From: Burkholderiales bacterium | Lineage (GTDB): Bacteria > Pseudomonadota > Gammaproteobacteria > Burkholderiales > Casimicrobiaceae | Direction: 5' to 3' | DNA length: 64,000 bases | Assembly: GCA_031409935.1 (NCBI GenBank) | Contig: JANNYE010000050.1 | Location: 3,478-67,477 of the forward strand | In this document: positions 40,258 through 50,636 of the stretch, piece after piece | How the letters are laid out: the number at the start of each line of letters is the position of its first letter | How positions within the stretch are numbered: the stretch's first letter is position 1 | The notes under the pieces: generated by a model | What the model was told of the DNA's origin: nothing | Seen by the model: the letters and a program-made list of their open reading frames with translations, nothing else | Database searches by the model: none | Program-made: the position numbers and the translations under genes

Positions 40258-41151
40258 CTACTTCTTGCCAGCAGAGCCAATGAGCACGGAGTGCAGGTCT
40301 GTACCGAAGCCACGGATTTTGTCCATGGTGGTTTTGTTGCGACGCACGATAAAGTTGTAGCCAAGCACCGCAGGCACGGCGACTGCTAGACCGATGGCGG
40401 TCATAATGAGCGATTCGCCCACCGGGCCCGCCACTTTATCGATGGAGGCCTGGCCAGATACGCCGATCTTTACCAGCGCGTTGTAGATGCCCCAGACGGT
40501 GCCGAAGAGGCCCACGAACGGTGCAGTAGAGCCGACCGTAGCAAGAAAGGCCAGGCCGTTCTGCATGTTGCCCTGCACGCTGTCGGTGGCGCGCTGGATC
40601 GATTGCGAGGTCCAGTCGGCGAAACTGATGTGAGCGAGCAAGCCTTCATGCTTTTTGGTGGATTCAAGTCCAGCCTGTGCGATAAAGCGGAACGGGCTTT
40701 GCTCTTTCAATGAGTCGACTCCCTGAGCAACTGTGGGTGCCGCCCAAAAGCTCTTTTCCGCCGCTTTGGCTTGACGATTAATCTTTGACAACTCGACCAA
40801 CTTGGCGGCCATGATGTACCAGGTGCCAATCGACATGATGACCATGATCACCAGCGTGGTTTTGGCGATGATGTCACCTTCGTTCCAAAGCGCTTTGAGG
40901 CCGTAGGGGTTTTCTACTTTTTCAGTCGTGGGTTTGCCAGCGCTGTAGGGCACGGGCACCGGCGTCGGCGCTGCTGCGGGAGCCGGGGCGACGACGGTCG
41001 CCGGAGCGGCGGTGCTGGTCGCTGCCGCAGGGGCTGGTGCCTGCGCGAAAGCAACCGACAGCGGTGCACCCGCCAGCGAGACGACCGTGATCACCGTCGA
41101 CAGGGCCGCACTGAGCGTGCGGGAAATGCGTTGGCCAAAAATAGATACCAC
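40258..41151 (-). CDS. exbB: ExbB/TolQ proton channel
   Basis: LATVGSTAPFVGLFGTVWGI, ESLIMTAIGLAVAVPA. Confidence 0.93.
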   Translation of the reverse strand: MVSIFGQRISRTLSAALSTVITVVSLAGAPLSVAFAQAPAPAAATSTAAPATVVAPAPAAAPTPVPVPYSAGKPTTEKVENPYGLKALWNEGDIIAKTTLVIMVIMSIGTWYIMAAKLVELSKINRQAKAAEKSFWAAPTVAQGVDSLKEQSPFRFIAQAGLESTKKHEGLLAHISFADWTSQSIQRATDSVQGNMQNGLAFLATVGSTAPFVGLFGTVWGIYNALVKIGVSGQASIDKVAGPVGESLIMTAIGLAVAVPAVLGYNFIVRRNKTTMDKIRGFGTDLHSVLIGSAGKK

Positions 41152-41553
41152 GGACTAAGCTCCTTGTTTCATATAGCGCGTGATTACCAGATAGTACATT
41201 TTGGATTCACGCTGAAAAGTTTATTAAGCAAGTAATGTAATGCATGTGACAACGTGTAGCGGCGCTACCGCTGAGCCTGCTGCGTCAAGTGTCAGTGTTT
41301 TTGCGAGTGGGTGCTGTCTTGCAATCGGGCCAATTGCGCATGCATGACGGTGCGCTGCTACGCTTACGCTTTAGATCGGTTGCAACTTGTATGACATCAT
41401 ATTACCATGCCAGTCGGCAGGCTAAACGCATGTTAAAGTCTGCCTACGCAACCGCTTGGTGCCTCGCGCTAAAAGGTCAACGGGTCACCACTTCCAGAAC
41501 GCAAGAGAGATCCTAAAAACGATTGCTCGACACTGCGAAACGTTACGCCAATC

Positions 41554-41583
41554 AAAAATGCCCGCGAGAGCGGGCATTTTTTT
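41554..41583. terminator. Bidirectional intrinsic terminator after TBDR1
   Basis: AAAAATGCCCGC-GAGA-GCGGGCATTTTT. Confidence 0.8.
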
Positions 41584-41615
41584 CGGATCAAAAAAACCCG
41601 ATGTAGCAGTCTGTC

Positions 41616-44537
41616 CTAGAGTTTTGCAGTCAAGTTGATAAACACACGACGACCGAGTGCGTCGTAAACCTGCGGGAAGGTGTTGCCGTTTCCGAAGATA
41701 CTCGGACCAGAGGTGCCGGTGATCGGTGGATCCTTGTCGAGCAGATTATTGATGCCTAACGTAAAGGTCAGATTTTTGTTGTACTTGTAGACCAAGGACA
41801 GGTCTAAGTAGCTGCGTGATGCGAGATTTCTATCCGTACCGTTAACGTTCCCCTTCAGGAGCGGGTTGCTGCTAGTCGTGTCCACTTGCACCGCATCAAA
41901 GTAGCGCCATGCCAACGATGCATCAACGCCCCACGGGGTGTTCCAAAGCGCGCGAACCTTGTGACGCCATTTTGGACTTGGTGTGCCGCACTTGTTGCCA
42001 TACAGGCCAACACAGTCGTAGCTGCCCGCACCGGCAATTTCTTCTGTTGCAAGTGATGTCAGGTACGTTCCAACGCCATCAAGGCCCAATTGACCGTAGG
42101 TACCGGGCAACTTCATTTGATAGTTCATACCAATGTCGAAACCGCTTGTGGACGTCGCGCCGATGTTCGTATTGGTTTCAAGGATACGGCCTTCGTCAAG
42201 CAACCAAAGCGTGCCGAGTCGGTCGCGCTGAACGGAGCTACAGAACCGCGGGTCACCCGTTGCCAAACATTTATCAAGCGAAGTGGTTGGACTAACTGTG
42301 CTGATTGTGTCCTTGACGCGGATGTCGAAGTAGTCAAGGGTAGCGCTGAAGTTACGGGTTGGCGTAAGGGCCACGCCAATGGTGTAGCTCTTTGACTTCT
42401 CGGGGCTCAGGTTGGGGTTGCCGCCCTGAAGCGTGTTGTACTGACCAGCAGGGCTATCTTGGATCCTGCCATACTGCGCAGCCGTTACGCCTGTGCGCTG
42501 ACACTGAGCCAAGGTTGCGGTCGGGGTGGCACCGGCACATGGGTCAGCATCGTTGTCATAAAGGTTTAAGCCCTGAGCGCGGAACAACTCAATCAGATTT
42601 GCTGCGCGCACTGCGCCTTGATACGTACCGCGCAGTTTGGCCTGCTTAACCGGCTGAAACTCTAGGCCGAAACCGAATGTGTTGGTTTTCTTGTCAGTGC
42701 TGTACTCTGAATTGCGATAGCTGCCGGACAAAACCAACGACTCAACATACGGACGGCCTTCAACCAATGGGGCACGGAATTCAGCGAAGATGTCGCGAAC
42801 CGCGTAATCGCCTTGAATTCCGATCACAGGGCCGCCTGAACCCGCAAGATCGCCAGAGGAATAGGCCTGATCGGTTTGGCGGGAGATTTTCTCCACACGA
42901 CGCTCAGCACCGATAGCTATATTGACGCCATTTTTAGCCGTTGGGAGCTTGATGCCGTACTGGCCCAAGTCGTTAGTAAAAGTGATGTTCTGAATGTTTT
43001 GTTGGGTCGAACCAGACTGCAAACCGTCAAGGCTCAAATAGGCAAGCTGGGCAGCGTTAACACCACCGCGCGACCAAACGTTATAAGGTACGCAATTCGG
43101 ATCCGTCCCGTTGACTGCGGAGCGGCAACGCGCCACACCGTTTACGTTCACCACATCCAGTGCGCGGTCAATCCGGGTGTTCGAGAAGTAATTCTTTGTG
43201 CTCTCCTGCCCAATGACTTTGGAGAACTGCATAAATGCGTCGTAGCTCCAGCCTGCTAGCTCGCCTTTTGCGCCGACTACAGTACGGAACGATGTGTTGC
43301 GGTACTCAGACTGACGTCCGCCGCCTTCAACGTTTCGGCGCTGTACTACCACGGTCGTTGGATTACCACCTGCCGTCAGACCAAGCGCAGTTCTCCAAGA
43401 TTGCGATAGGAGTGGATTGTCGAAACTAATATCAGCCAAGTTTCCGAAAATACCACCAGGCGCAACTTGAGCAACGCTGCGGTAGTCGGTGAAGAAAAAC
43501 TCGCCATAAGCTTTAGCTGCTGGAACGACATCGTAGTTGGCGAACATCGCCGCGCTGTAGCGCTCGGAGGGACGCTGGTAGTAGTTTGCCGGACCAAAGT
43601 TATATTGATCAGTCGCATTCGCGAACGCACGGGCAGTGCCGGCGGAATCTGCGACAGTGAACACGCGACCAGTGTTAGTGTTGGTAATGCGCCCAGTCGG
43701 TGAAGTGCCAGAGCCACCGCAGGTAAACACCGTTGCGCCAGCTGCCACTGAGCACGCGCTGTAGTCGCGCTCAGACTGGAGTAGGGCATCATCTTTTTTG
43801 TACGAAAAGAACAACGTGCCGTTACCGCGGTTGTTAGCGAAATTGCTACCCATCGTTATGCTGGCGTCAAACACTCTGCCGTCCGAGCTTTTATCGCCTG
43901 GAACAACGAAATTGGCCGGATTGGTGAGCGCACGCGTCGCGACGATGCTAGAAACACCACCGGAGCCTTGCTGCTTATGATTGAAAAAGCTTTGATTCAG
44001 CTCTAACTGAACCCCGTCAAACTTGTCGTTCATGATGAAATTCACCACGCCAGCGACTGCATCGGACCCGTACACCGCGCTCGCACCACCCGTCAGCACT
44101 TCGACGCGCTTGATGAGGGACGCAGGAATTTGATTCAGGTCGGGCGACGCCGTAGAGATGGAGCCATACGGGAGACGGCGACCGTTAACGAGCGTGAGGG
44201 TGCGATCCGCACCCAGGGCACGCAGGTTCACCTCGGCCGTGCCGCTTGCGCCGTTTGAAACATTGCTGCCTTGTGCGGCAAAAACTTGTGGCAGATTATT
44301 GAGTAAATTTTCTGCCGAGCGAGCGCCCTCGGTGCGAATGGTGGCCGCATCAATAATGACGGTTGGGCTAACCGATTCAGCGTCAATCGTACGAATCCGG
44401 CTACCGGTAATTTCTAGTTTTTCGACTTTTTGCGGCTCGCTCGACTGCGCATAAGCAGTGGCCGACAGCGACATGATCGCCACCGCGTTGATAACCGCGA
44501 GCGCGATGAGTTTTCGCTTGGTCTGGATGTTTTCCAT
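41616..44537 (-). CDS. TonB-dependent receptor 1
   Basis: Signal peptide, EITGSRI, RTLTLVNGRR, RVEVLTGGASAVYGSDAVAGVVN, barrel C-terminus. Confidence 0.95.
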   Translation of the reverse strand: MENIQTKRKLIALAVINAVAIMSLSATAYAQSSEPQKVEKLEITGSRIRTIDAESVSPTVIIDAATIRTEGARSAENLLNNLPQVFAAQGSNVSNGASGTAEVNLRALGADRTLTLVNGRRLPYGSISTASPDLNQIPASLIKRVEVLTGGASAVYGSDAVAGVVNFIMNDKFDGVQLELNQSFFNHKQQGSGGVSSIVATRALTNPANFVVPGDKSSDGRVFDASITMGSNFANNRGNGTLFFSYKKDDALLQSERDYSACSVAAGATVFTCGGSGTSPTGRITNTNTGRVFTVADSAGTARAFANATDQYNFGPANYYQRPSERYSAAMFANYDVVPAAKAYGEFFFTDYRSVAQVAPGGIFGNLADISFDNPLLSQSWRTALGLTAGGNPTTVVVQRRNVEGGGRQSEYRNTSFRTVVGAKGELAGWSYDAFMQFSKVIGQESTKNYFSNTRIDRALDVVNVNGVARCRSAVNGTDPNCVPYNVWSRGGVNAAQLAYLSLDGLQSGSTQQNIQNITFTNDLGQYGIKLPTAKNGVNIAIGAERRVEKISRQTDQAYSSGDLAGSGGPVIGIQGDYAVRDIFAEFRAPLVEGRPYVESLVLSGSYRNSEYSTDKKTNTFGFGLEFQPVKQAKLRGTYQGAVRAANLIELFRAQGLNLYDNDADPCAGATPTATLAQCQRTGVTAAQYGRIQDSPAGQYNTLQGGNPNLSPEKSKSYTIGVALTPTRNFSATLDYFDIRVKDTISTVSPTTSLDKCLATGDPRFCSSVQRDRLGTLWLLDEGRILETNTNIGATSTSGFDIGMNYQMKLPGTYGQLGLDGVGTYLTSLATEEIAGAGSYDCVGLYGNKCGTPSPKWRHKVRALWNTPWGVDASLAWRYFDAVQVDTTSSNPLLKGNVNGTDRNLASRSYLDLSLVYKYNKNLTFTLGINNLLDKDPPITGTSGPSIFGNGNTFPQVYDALGRRVFINLTAKL

Positions 44538-44770
44538 AAAGTCCCCGAAAGATGACAAAAATTTGACACGTTTATTCTGCATGAGCCGGTGTTTACTGTC
44601 AGCTTGATGTCGCCAGCGGCGGCAGCGAGACCGCGTTCCGCGTAAACCGTTATCTGCCGAAACGAATGTCACAAGTCTTTGATTTTTCATATCTATTTTT
44701 GTAATCTTCAAACCTACAACAGATTGCAAACGTTTGAAACATCATGCGATGAAAACTGGCATGTCATACC

Positions 44771-44884
44771 AGCTTTTGGCTAAGGCCCTTATTTTTAAAG
44801 GGCATACACTATGAAATATAAAAAGTCGACAATATGCTAAATATGGATAAACCCCATTGTTTTCAACACTTTCATGAAAAAGCT
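44771..44884. repeat. 114-bp dyad-symmetric element, copy D
   Basis: AGCTTTTGGCT..GGGCAT..GTCGAC(44825-44830)..AACCCC..TTTCA..AAAAGCT. Confidence 0.85.
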
Positions 44885-45012
44885 GATGGGTAGGCGTTGC
44901 ATCTGTACAACAAGACAACCGTGCAGCGCTCAATCTGTGGCTACCGCGAACTACAAAGGGATGCGCCGCCACAAGAACGATCATTGGACAAGTCGCGTAG
45001 CGGAACGCGACG

Positions 45013-45042
45013 AAAAAAAACCGGGCGTAAGGCCCGGCCTTT
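45013..45042 (-). terminator. Intrinsic terminator after S9 peptidase 1
   Basis: CCGGGC stem with a U8 tract on the minus strand. Confidence 0.7.
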
Positions 45043-45070
45043 CAAAGCGCCGCCGTCGGTGCGTGCGGCA

Positions 45071-47062
45071 TCACTTCAAATGTTTGGCAAAAAAAGCGTC
45101 GGCTCGGGTATAAAAATCGACGATGTTTTCTTGCTTTTGCCAGCCATGTCCTTCGCCCACGTAAATGTGGAACTCGTGCGGCACGCCTGCCGCCTTCATC
45201 GCGTCGCGCATTTTGGTGCCGTGAACCAGCGGCACGCGATCATCGGCTTCGCCCATAATCAGCAGCACCGGCGCTTTGATTTTGCTGGCGTTACGCAGGG
45301 GTGAAAACTTTTGCAGGCGCTCTTTGTCGATTTTGGGGTCGCCAACGCGCTCAGCAAACCATTTCTGTGTGGAGCTGTACTGCACGGGAATGTCCGACCA
45401 GGTCGTCTCTTGAAACAGCTCCAGATCGGTCACCGCCACCGTCGACAGCCCGCACTTAAACATGTCCGGCTCGCGAACCAGCCCTTGCAGCGTGGCGTAA
45501 CCGCCGTAGCTGCCGCCAAACAAACACACTCGATCAGGATCGACGATACCTTCTTTGATGAGATGTTTCACCCCATCGGTGATGTCGTCCTGCATGGTGT
45601 CGCCCCACTTGCCGAAGCCACTGGTGAAAAGTTTACGGCCATACCCTTTTGAGCCCCGCGGTTCCGGCTCTAAAACGGCGTAGCCACGCAACGCAAAGAA
45701 TCGAGCCTCCATCGCGTAGGGACTGCTATTCCACGCCATGACGTTGTAGCCACGCACGTAGGGGCCACCGTGAATGTTGACGATCAACGGCAGTTTTTTT
45801 CCCTTGCTACCTTTGGGGGTGGTGAGATACGACGGGATTTCCAGGCCGTCACGCGCCACGTACATCATAAATTTGCGATCTGGCAACGCCACATCGTTGA
45901 GCCACGGACGGCTTTGCGGTAGCTCTTCCATCGCCTTTGTTTTTGGATCAAAGAGGAAGCTGCGCGGCGCAGCGTCTGGCGCTAGGCTGGTGACCACCAC
46001 CCGACGCCCCAGCACGGCGGTTGCGCTGAAGATATTGATTTTTCCGGGAAGCGCCGCATCAAGCTGCGCCTGAATCGTTTTAAGCTCCGGGTCAAACCAG
46101 TCGATCTCTAGGCTCACGGCGTCGGCGCGAGTGCCCACAATTTTCGCGGGCTCATTGGGTTTGTTGGGGTCCGCAAGCATGATGAGTCCGCCGCCTTCGT
46201 CGCTGCCGAGATCAACCCACGGGTGTTCAAACAAGAGCTTACCGAGCTTGAAGTCGGCAACATTCATCTCATAGAGCGCGAAGCGATCACGTCCGATATT
46301 GCTGCGCACAATCATTGAAACGTTATCCGCACGGAAGGAAACGGGCTCCCAGTACGCGCCCTCTTCTTTCCAACTCTGCAACTTCTGCCACTTGCTATCG
46401 GCGTTGGTGCGATACCAAAGCTGATCCTCCAACGAGTTCTTTGGGTCTTCGGTGGTCCACGCAAACCGGGCCACGTTGTTACCGTCCACCAAGAATCGAC
46501 GGGTATCGGCGGGGCTGTCAAAGGTGAGCAGCTCAAGCTTGCTGCTGGTCGTGTTGATACGGTACAGGTCGGCGGCCCCGCGGCGGCGCAGATTGGCCTC
46601 CATGATCATGTCGCCAGTTTCACGATCAATCACTTTAACGAATCGCGCGCCCGTCGGGGTGCCGCGAAACGAGTCGATGTTTTTTATCTCGGAGCCGTCG
46701 ATGTTGACCGCGTAGCTTCCTTTGTAGCGAATATTGCCGCCCACATCACGCCCGGCAGTGGTGCGAAACCAGAGCCGATTGTTGGTGATCCAATTGATGC
46801 CCGTGGCGTCGTAGCTATCAAAGTTGGTGATGTTGGATCGGGTGCGTTTTTCAAGGTCAATCACCACCACGTTGTCGCGGCCTTTGAACGGCACCAGCGA
46901 GGCGAGTTTCTTGCCGTCTGGCGACACCACGTAACTGACGAATTCGGCCCGCTTAAACACTGTTTCAACAGGAAGGGTTGCACCAGAAACCTGCGCAATT
47001 GCAGGTAAGCCGACGGACACTCCAAGCAACGCAGCGAACAGCGAGGTCGTAAATTTATTCAT
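45071..47062 (-). CDS. Exported S9 (prolyl oligopeptidase family) peptidase 1
   Basis: Signal peptide; HGGP, MQDD, GGSYGG, DDRV, GHG triad. Confidence 0.93.
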   Translation of the reverse strand: MNKFTTSLFAALLGVSVGLPAIAQVSGATLPVETVFKRAEFVSYVVSPDGKKLASLVPFKGRDNVVVIDLEKRTRSNITNFDSYDATGINWITNNRLWFRTTAGRDVGGNIRYKGSYAVNIDGSEIKNIDSFRGTPTGARFVKVIDRETGDMIMEANLRRRGAADLYRINTTSSKLELLTFDSPADTRRFLVDGNNVARFAWTTEDPKNSLEDQLWYRTNADSKWQKLQSWKEEGAYWEPVSFRADNVSMIVRSNIGRDRFALYEMNVADFKLGKLLFEHPWVDLGSDEGGGLIMLADPNKPNEPAKIVGTRADAVSLEIDWFDPELKTIQAQLDAALPGKINIFSATAVLGRRVVVTSLAPDAAPRSFLFDPKTKAMEELPQSRPWLNDVALPDRKFMMYVARDGLEIPSYLTTPKGSKGKKLPLIVNIHGGPYVRGYNVMAWNSSPYAMEARFFALRGYAVLEPEPRGSKGYGRKLFTSGFGKWGDTMQDDITDGVKHLIKEGIVDPDRVCLFGGSYGGYATLQGLVREPDMFKCGLSTVAVTDLELFQETTWSDIPVQYSSTQKWFAERVGDPKIDKERLQKFSPLRNASKIKAPVLLIMGEADDRVPLVHGTKMRDAMKAAGVPHEFHIYVGEGHGWQKQENIVDFYTRADAFFAKHLK

Positions 47063-47116
47063 AAATACCTACTCCGTTTCAGCAAAATACATGACTACGG
47101 CATGATTGTAAGTGAC

Positions 47117-47148
47117 AAAAAAAGGGCGCAGTTACCTGCGCCCTGTTT
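47117..47148 (-). terminator. Intrinsic terminator between TBDR2 and S9 peptidase 1
   Basis: AGGGCGCAG stem plus U-tract on the minus strand. Confidence 0.75.
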
Positions 47149-47189
47149 GGTTCAACTAGCGACGCGCGCCAGCTGCCCCTTTGTGCCGC

Positions 47190-49865
47190 CTAGAACTTGT
47201 AGTTCGCGCTAATCCAGTAGCCACGGCCACGCGGGTCGCCAAAGATGTAGCTGTAGTTCTGCGAGTCGCCGTTCGCAAACGATGGCTGCTTGTCAAAGAT
47301 GTTGCGCACACCCGCATTCAAAGTAAGGTTTTTGAATCCGGTGTAGTTGATCGCAAGATCGTGATACATCTCAGGGGCGACCTTGTCAGCGTCGGTGTTT
47401 TGCAGCTCTTGCGCATGCTTGCCGGTGTAGCGCGCCTGCCATTGAGCTTCCCAAGGACCACGTGACCAGTTAAGCGTGGCCGACATACGGAACCGTGGCA
47501 ATTCGTAGGTGCCGATGTACTCCACCATGGGTACGCCTGGCTCCGGTGCTTGCTTGTACGAATAGATGTACGACAGCACGCTGCGCACACCAAACTTGCC
47601 GTACTCAGCGGTGCGATATTTGTATTCAATATCCAAATCCGAGCCCTGAATTTTGGTTTGACCCAAGTTCGAGTAGGTGAGCGTCAGGTACTGAATTGAG
47701 CCAGGAATTCCAAGCGCTGTGTCAGCTGAAGTGGCGGGACCACGAACCACCAACGGGTCGCCCCGGTTAGCCGCCTCGCGAGCCAGCAAGCGCGAAACGC
47801 TTGGCAGACCGATGGTGTTGTTGAGCTCAATACCCCATGTGTCAAGCGCAATGCTCAGGTCGGTGACCGGCTCAAACACAAAACCGAGCCCGAAGTTCTT
47901 CGACGTTTCCGGCACCAACGCTGGTTGGCCACCACGGAAGTTGCGAATCTGCACCGAACCGCTGTCCTCGCGGGCCAGAGTCACCGGGTAGCGACGCTGA
48001 TCGCGATACGTGGTGCCGCTGTTAAACGACTCGGATGTGGCTTGATACGCTTCAAATAATGTCGGGGCTTTGAAACCTTCACCCAACACACCACGCAGCA
48101 GCAAAGTCTTGTTGGGACGGAATTCCAACGAAAATTGTGGCACCACTTTCGAGGACTTACCAGTGCGAACGATACCGTTTGCATCTGGCGACGATTCACC
48201 TTCGTATGCATCGCGGCGCGCCGCAACCGAGACATCCAGCCCAGTCAGCACGGCGGCGCGAAGCTCAACAAATTGCGCGTTGATGTCGCGCTTGCCAGCC
48301 GCTGCCGTGGAGTTGGCACCGGTAATCAAGCTGGTTCCACCGGGTCCCGATGTGCACTCGGGGGTGATGCAGCGATCGGTGATCGACTCGCGGCGCACTT
48401 CAAGGCCAGCAGCAAACGACAAAGGGCCGGCCGGAAGGGTCATGATGTCGCCAGAAATTTTGGCGTCAATGCCGTCCGATTTGGCTTTTCCGATACGCGT
48501 GTAACTTGCCGAGATGGCGCGCGCAGCTGCGGCTTCCAATGCCGGATTGCTTGCAAACTCGTACGGTCGCAGAGCGCCCGAGGCCGAGGCCGCAGCAATC
48601 AGAGCCGTGTTGGCATAGCCGCTACCGTTGTTGCGCTGCTTGGTAGCCGAAGAATTAAACGCGGCCGTCCAATCAAACTTACCAACTTGCCCCTGCAGAC
48701 CGACAACGAAACTATTGAAGTCGACCTTTTGATCGTTAACGCGCGGTCCACCCGCGGTGATGCGATATTGGTACTGATAGGTTTGGCCGAGGCTGTTGCC
48801 CGGCGCTGTGGCCAGAATCGTGCCGGCTGGAAGCGGCGTTGGAGCTACGTTAAACAACGTCGAGTTTTGGTTCGCCACGGCACGCGCAAAGGCGGACAGC
48901 GTTGGCGAAATTTCGTAGTTCATCTTCACCACGCCGCCCATGCGCTCCGATGGTGGCACCAGATCCCAAAACTTCAGGAAGTTGAACAAGCAATATTGGT
49001 TCTCAGTCGCGCCCGGTGTGACCGGCGATTTATCGATAGCCGGGCAGTTTGGCATAGCGCGGAATGGACCGTAAACACCATTGGCACCCAGCACGCGGAA
49101 GGTGCCGGGGCTGCCGGTCAACGAGCGCGTGTCAACGCCTAAGTCTGCGCTAAGCAGCGTGCCGTCGGCGCTCTCTCCGTACTTACGGCTGGTGCTCTGG
49201 ACGCGCTCGCGCTTGTAGTAATCAAACGATGCCATGACATTGAATTTGTCTTTAGCGATATCGCCGTAGCCGTAAGCGCCGCTGCCACGCAATTCACGCC
49301 CATCGCCGCGCTGCGTCTGCCCGCCAGAGGCCGTCACTTCGCCGCCTTTAAAGTCGCGACGCAAAATAATGTTGATCACGCCGCCGACCGCGTCTGCGCC
49401 GTAAATGGCCGACGCACTGCCGCGCAGTACCTCAACACGCTCAATGGCCGCCAACGGAATGCTGTTCACGTCGGTGAACGACGCTACGCCCGTGGCACCG
49501 CCGAACGCGCTAGGCGCTACGCGCCGACCGTCAACCAGCACGAGCGTGTAGCTGGCACCCAAACCGCGCAGCGAGACGCCGGCTGAGCCGCCGCCCGAGG
49601 ACAGGTTGGTGTTGGTTTCACTAAAACTGCCCAAGCCGGATGAGGACACGTTCTGCAACACATCGTTGAGGCTGGTGGCACCGCTTCGAACGATATCTTC
49701 ACGCGTAATCACGGTGATCGGTGTGGCACCTTCCGTTTGCGAGCGTTTGATGTTGGAGCCGGTGACTTCAACCTTTTCGACGACTTGTGGCTGCTGGGCG
49801 TAGACAACACCCGAGGCAGCAAACGTTGCGGCGATGGCTATCGCTAGTTGTTTCTTTTTGATCAT
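47190..49865 (-). CDS. TonB-dependent receptor 2
   Basis: EVTGSNI, TLVLVDGRR, RVEVLRGSASAIYGADAVGGVIN, C-terminal YKF. Confidence 0.95.
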   Translation of the reverse strand: MIKKKQLAIAIAATFAASGVVYAQQPQVVEKVEVTGSNIKRSQTEGATPITVITREDIVRSGATSLNDVLQNVSSSGLGSFSETNTNLSSGGGSAGVSLRGLGASYTLVLVDGRRVAPSAFGGATGVASFTDVNSIPLAAIERVEVLRGSASAIYGADAVGGVINIILRRDFKGGEVTASGGQTQRGDGRELRGSGAYGYGDIAKDKFNVMASFDYYKRERVQSTSRKYGESADGTLLSADLGVDTRSLTGSPGTFRVLGANGVYGPFRAMPNCPAIDKSPVTPGATENQYCLFNFLKFWDLVPPSERMGGVVKMNYEISPTLSAFARAVANQNSTLFNVAPTPLPAGTILATAPGNSLGQTYQYQYRITAGGPRVNDQKVDFNSFVVGLQGQVGKFDWTAAFNSSATKQRNNGSGYANTALIAAASASGALRPYEFASNPALEAAAARAISASYTRIGKAKSDGIDAKISGDIMTLPAGPLSFAAGLEVRRESITDRCITPECTSGPGGTSLITGANSTAAAGKRDINAQFVELRAAVLTGLDVSVAARRDAYEGESSPDANGIVRTGKSSKVVPQFSLEFRPNKTLLLRGVLGEGFKAPTLFEAYQATSESFNSGTTYRDQRRYPVTLAREDSGSVQIRNFRGGQPALVPETSKNFGLGFVFEPVTDLSIALDTWGIELNNTIGLPSVSRLLAREAANRGDPLVVRGPATSADTALGIPGSIQYLTLTYSNLGQTKIQGSDLDIEYKYRTAEYGKFGVRSVLSYIYSYKQAPEPGVPMVEYIGTYELPRFRMSATLNWSRGPWEAQWQARYTGKHAQELQNTDADKVAPEMYHDLAINYTGFKNLTLNAGVRNIFDKQPSFANGDSQNYSYIFGDPRGRGYWISANYKF

Positions 49866-50112
49866 AAAAATACCTTCTTAAACCCGCTGCGGGTGGTTTG
49901 CAGGATAACTGATGGATTGTGTCACCAAGCAGCGACGCGTGAAATGGCCGCCGCCAGCGCGCGCAGTCGCGCGTCAGACCACGCAGCTTCGCTATACAGT
50001 CATCTATTTTTCGTATCTCATTGAAAAATATAGCGAAATTAACTGATGTGCGACTGTACGTGCGTCTCTTCAGTTGCGCACAAACGCCGATAACGAGCAC
50101 ACCATTTGCATT

Positions 50113-50226
50113 GGCTTTTATCTGAAACCCTTTATTTAATTGGGATACACAGAAATTATATCGATAGTCGACTTTTTACATTATGTCTGCCTAGCCCAAT
50201 AAAAATAACGGTTTTAGCAAAAAGTT
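50113..50226. repeat. 114-bp dyad-symmetric element, copy E
   Basis: GGCTTTT..TGAAA..GGGATA..GTCGAC(50167-50172)..TAGCCC..AAAAGTT. Confidence 0.85.
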
Positions 50227-50584
50227 GATAAGTGGATCGTTGCGCTTGTACAACATGGCTTCGCGCGCATGTCTTCGCGATGCAACAAAAAAACGCTCAC
50301 TTTGTCGGTGCGGTAAGCGCGGACTCAATCTGTGTTTCCGCAGCGTATCCCGCCATAGCGGCGAAGGTCGGTATCCGCGCCCGCTGCATAATCATTGACC
50401 TACGTCGGGCATCGACTCTCGCCGTCGCCGCGGTGGCGGCCAAATCTAGGTTTGCCGAGAACAAAATCCGGCGCATTCAATATCCTAGTGGCGTCACACG
50501 CCGCATATTGAGGTCACCGAAAGTAGCAGTCACAATGTTGAAAAAATGACACCCGTAGAAGTGCTCAGATGCATGGCTCCGCAT

Positions 50585-50609
50585 AAAAAACGCGACCGTA
50601 GCCGCGTTT
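50585..50609 (-). terminator. Intrinsic terminator after S9 peptidase 2
   Basis: AAACGCG..CGCGTTT stem with a U-run on the minus strand. Confidence 0.6.
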
Positions 50610-50636
50610 ATCGCCTGTCTCGTAGACATCGCGCGG

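Noticed and set aside
44538-44729. Long N-terminal extensions of TBDR1 (and TBDR3, acnB, pcnB) in the ORF track
   Set aside because: Downstream ATGs give normal signal peptides or conserved N-termini; the extensions look non-coding.
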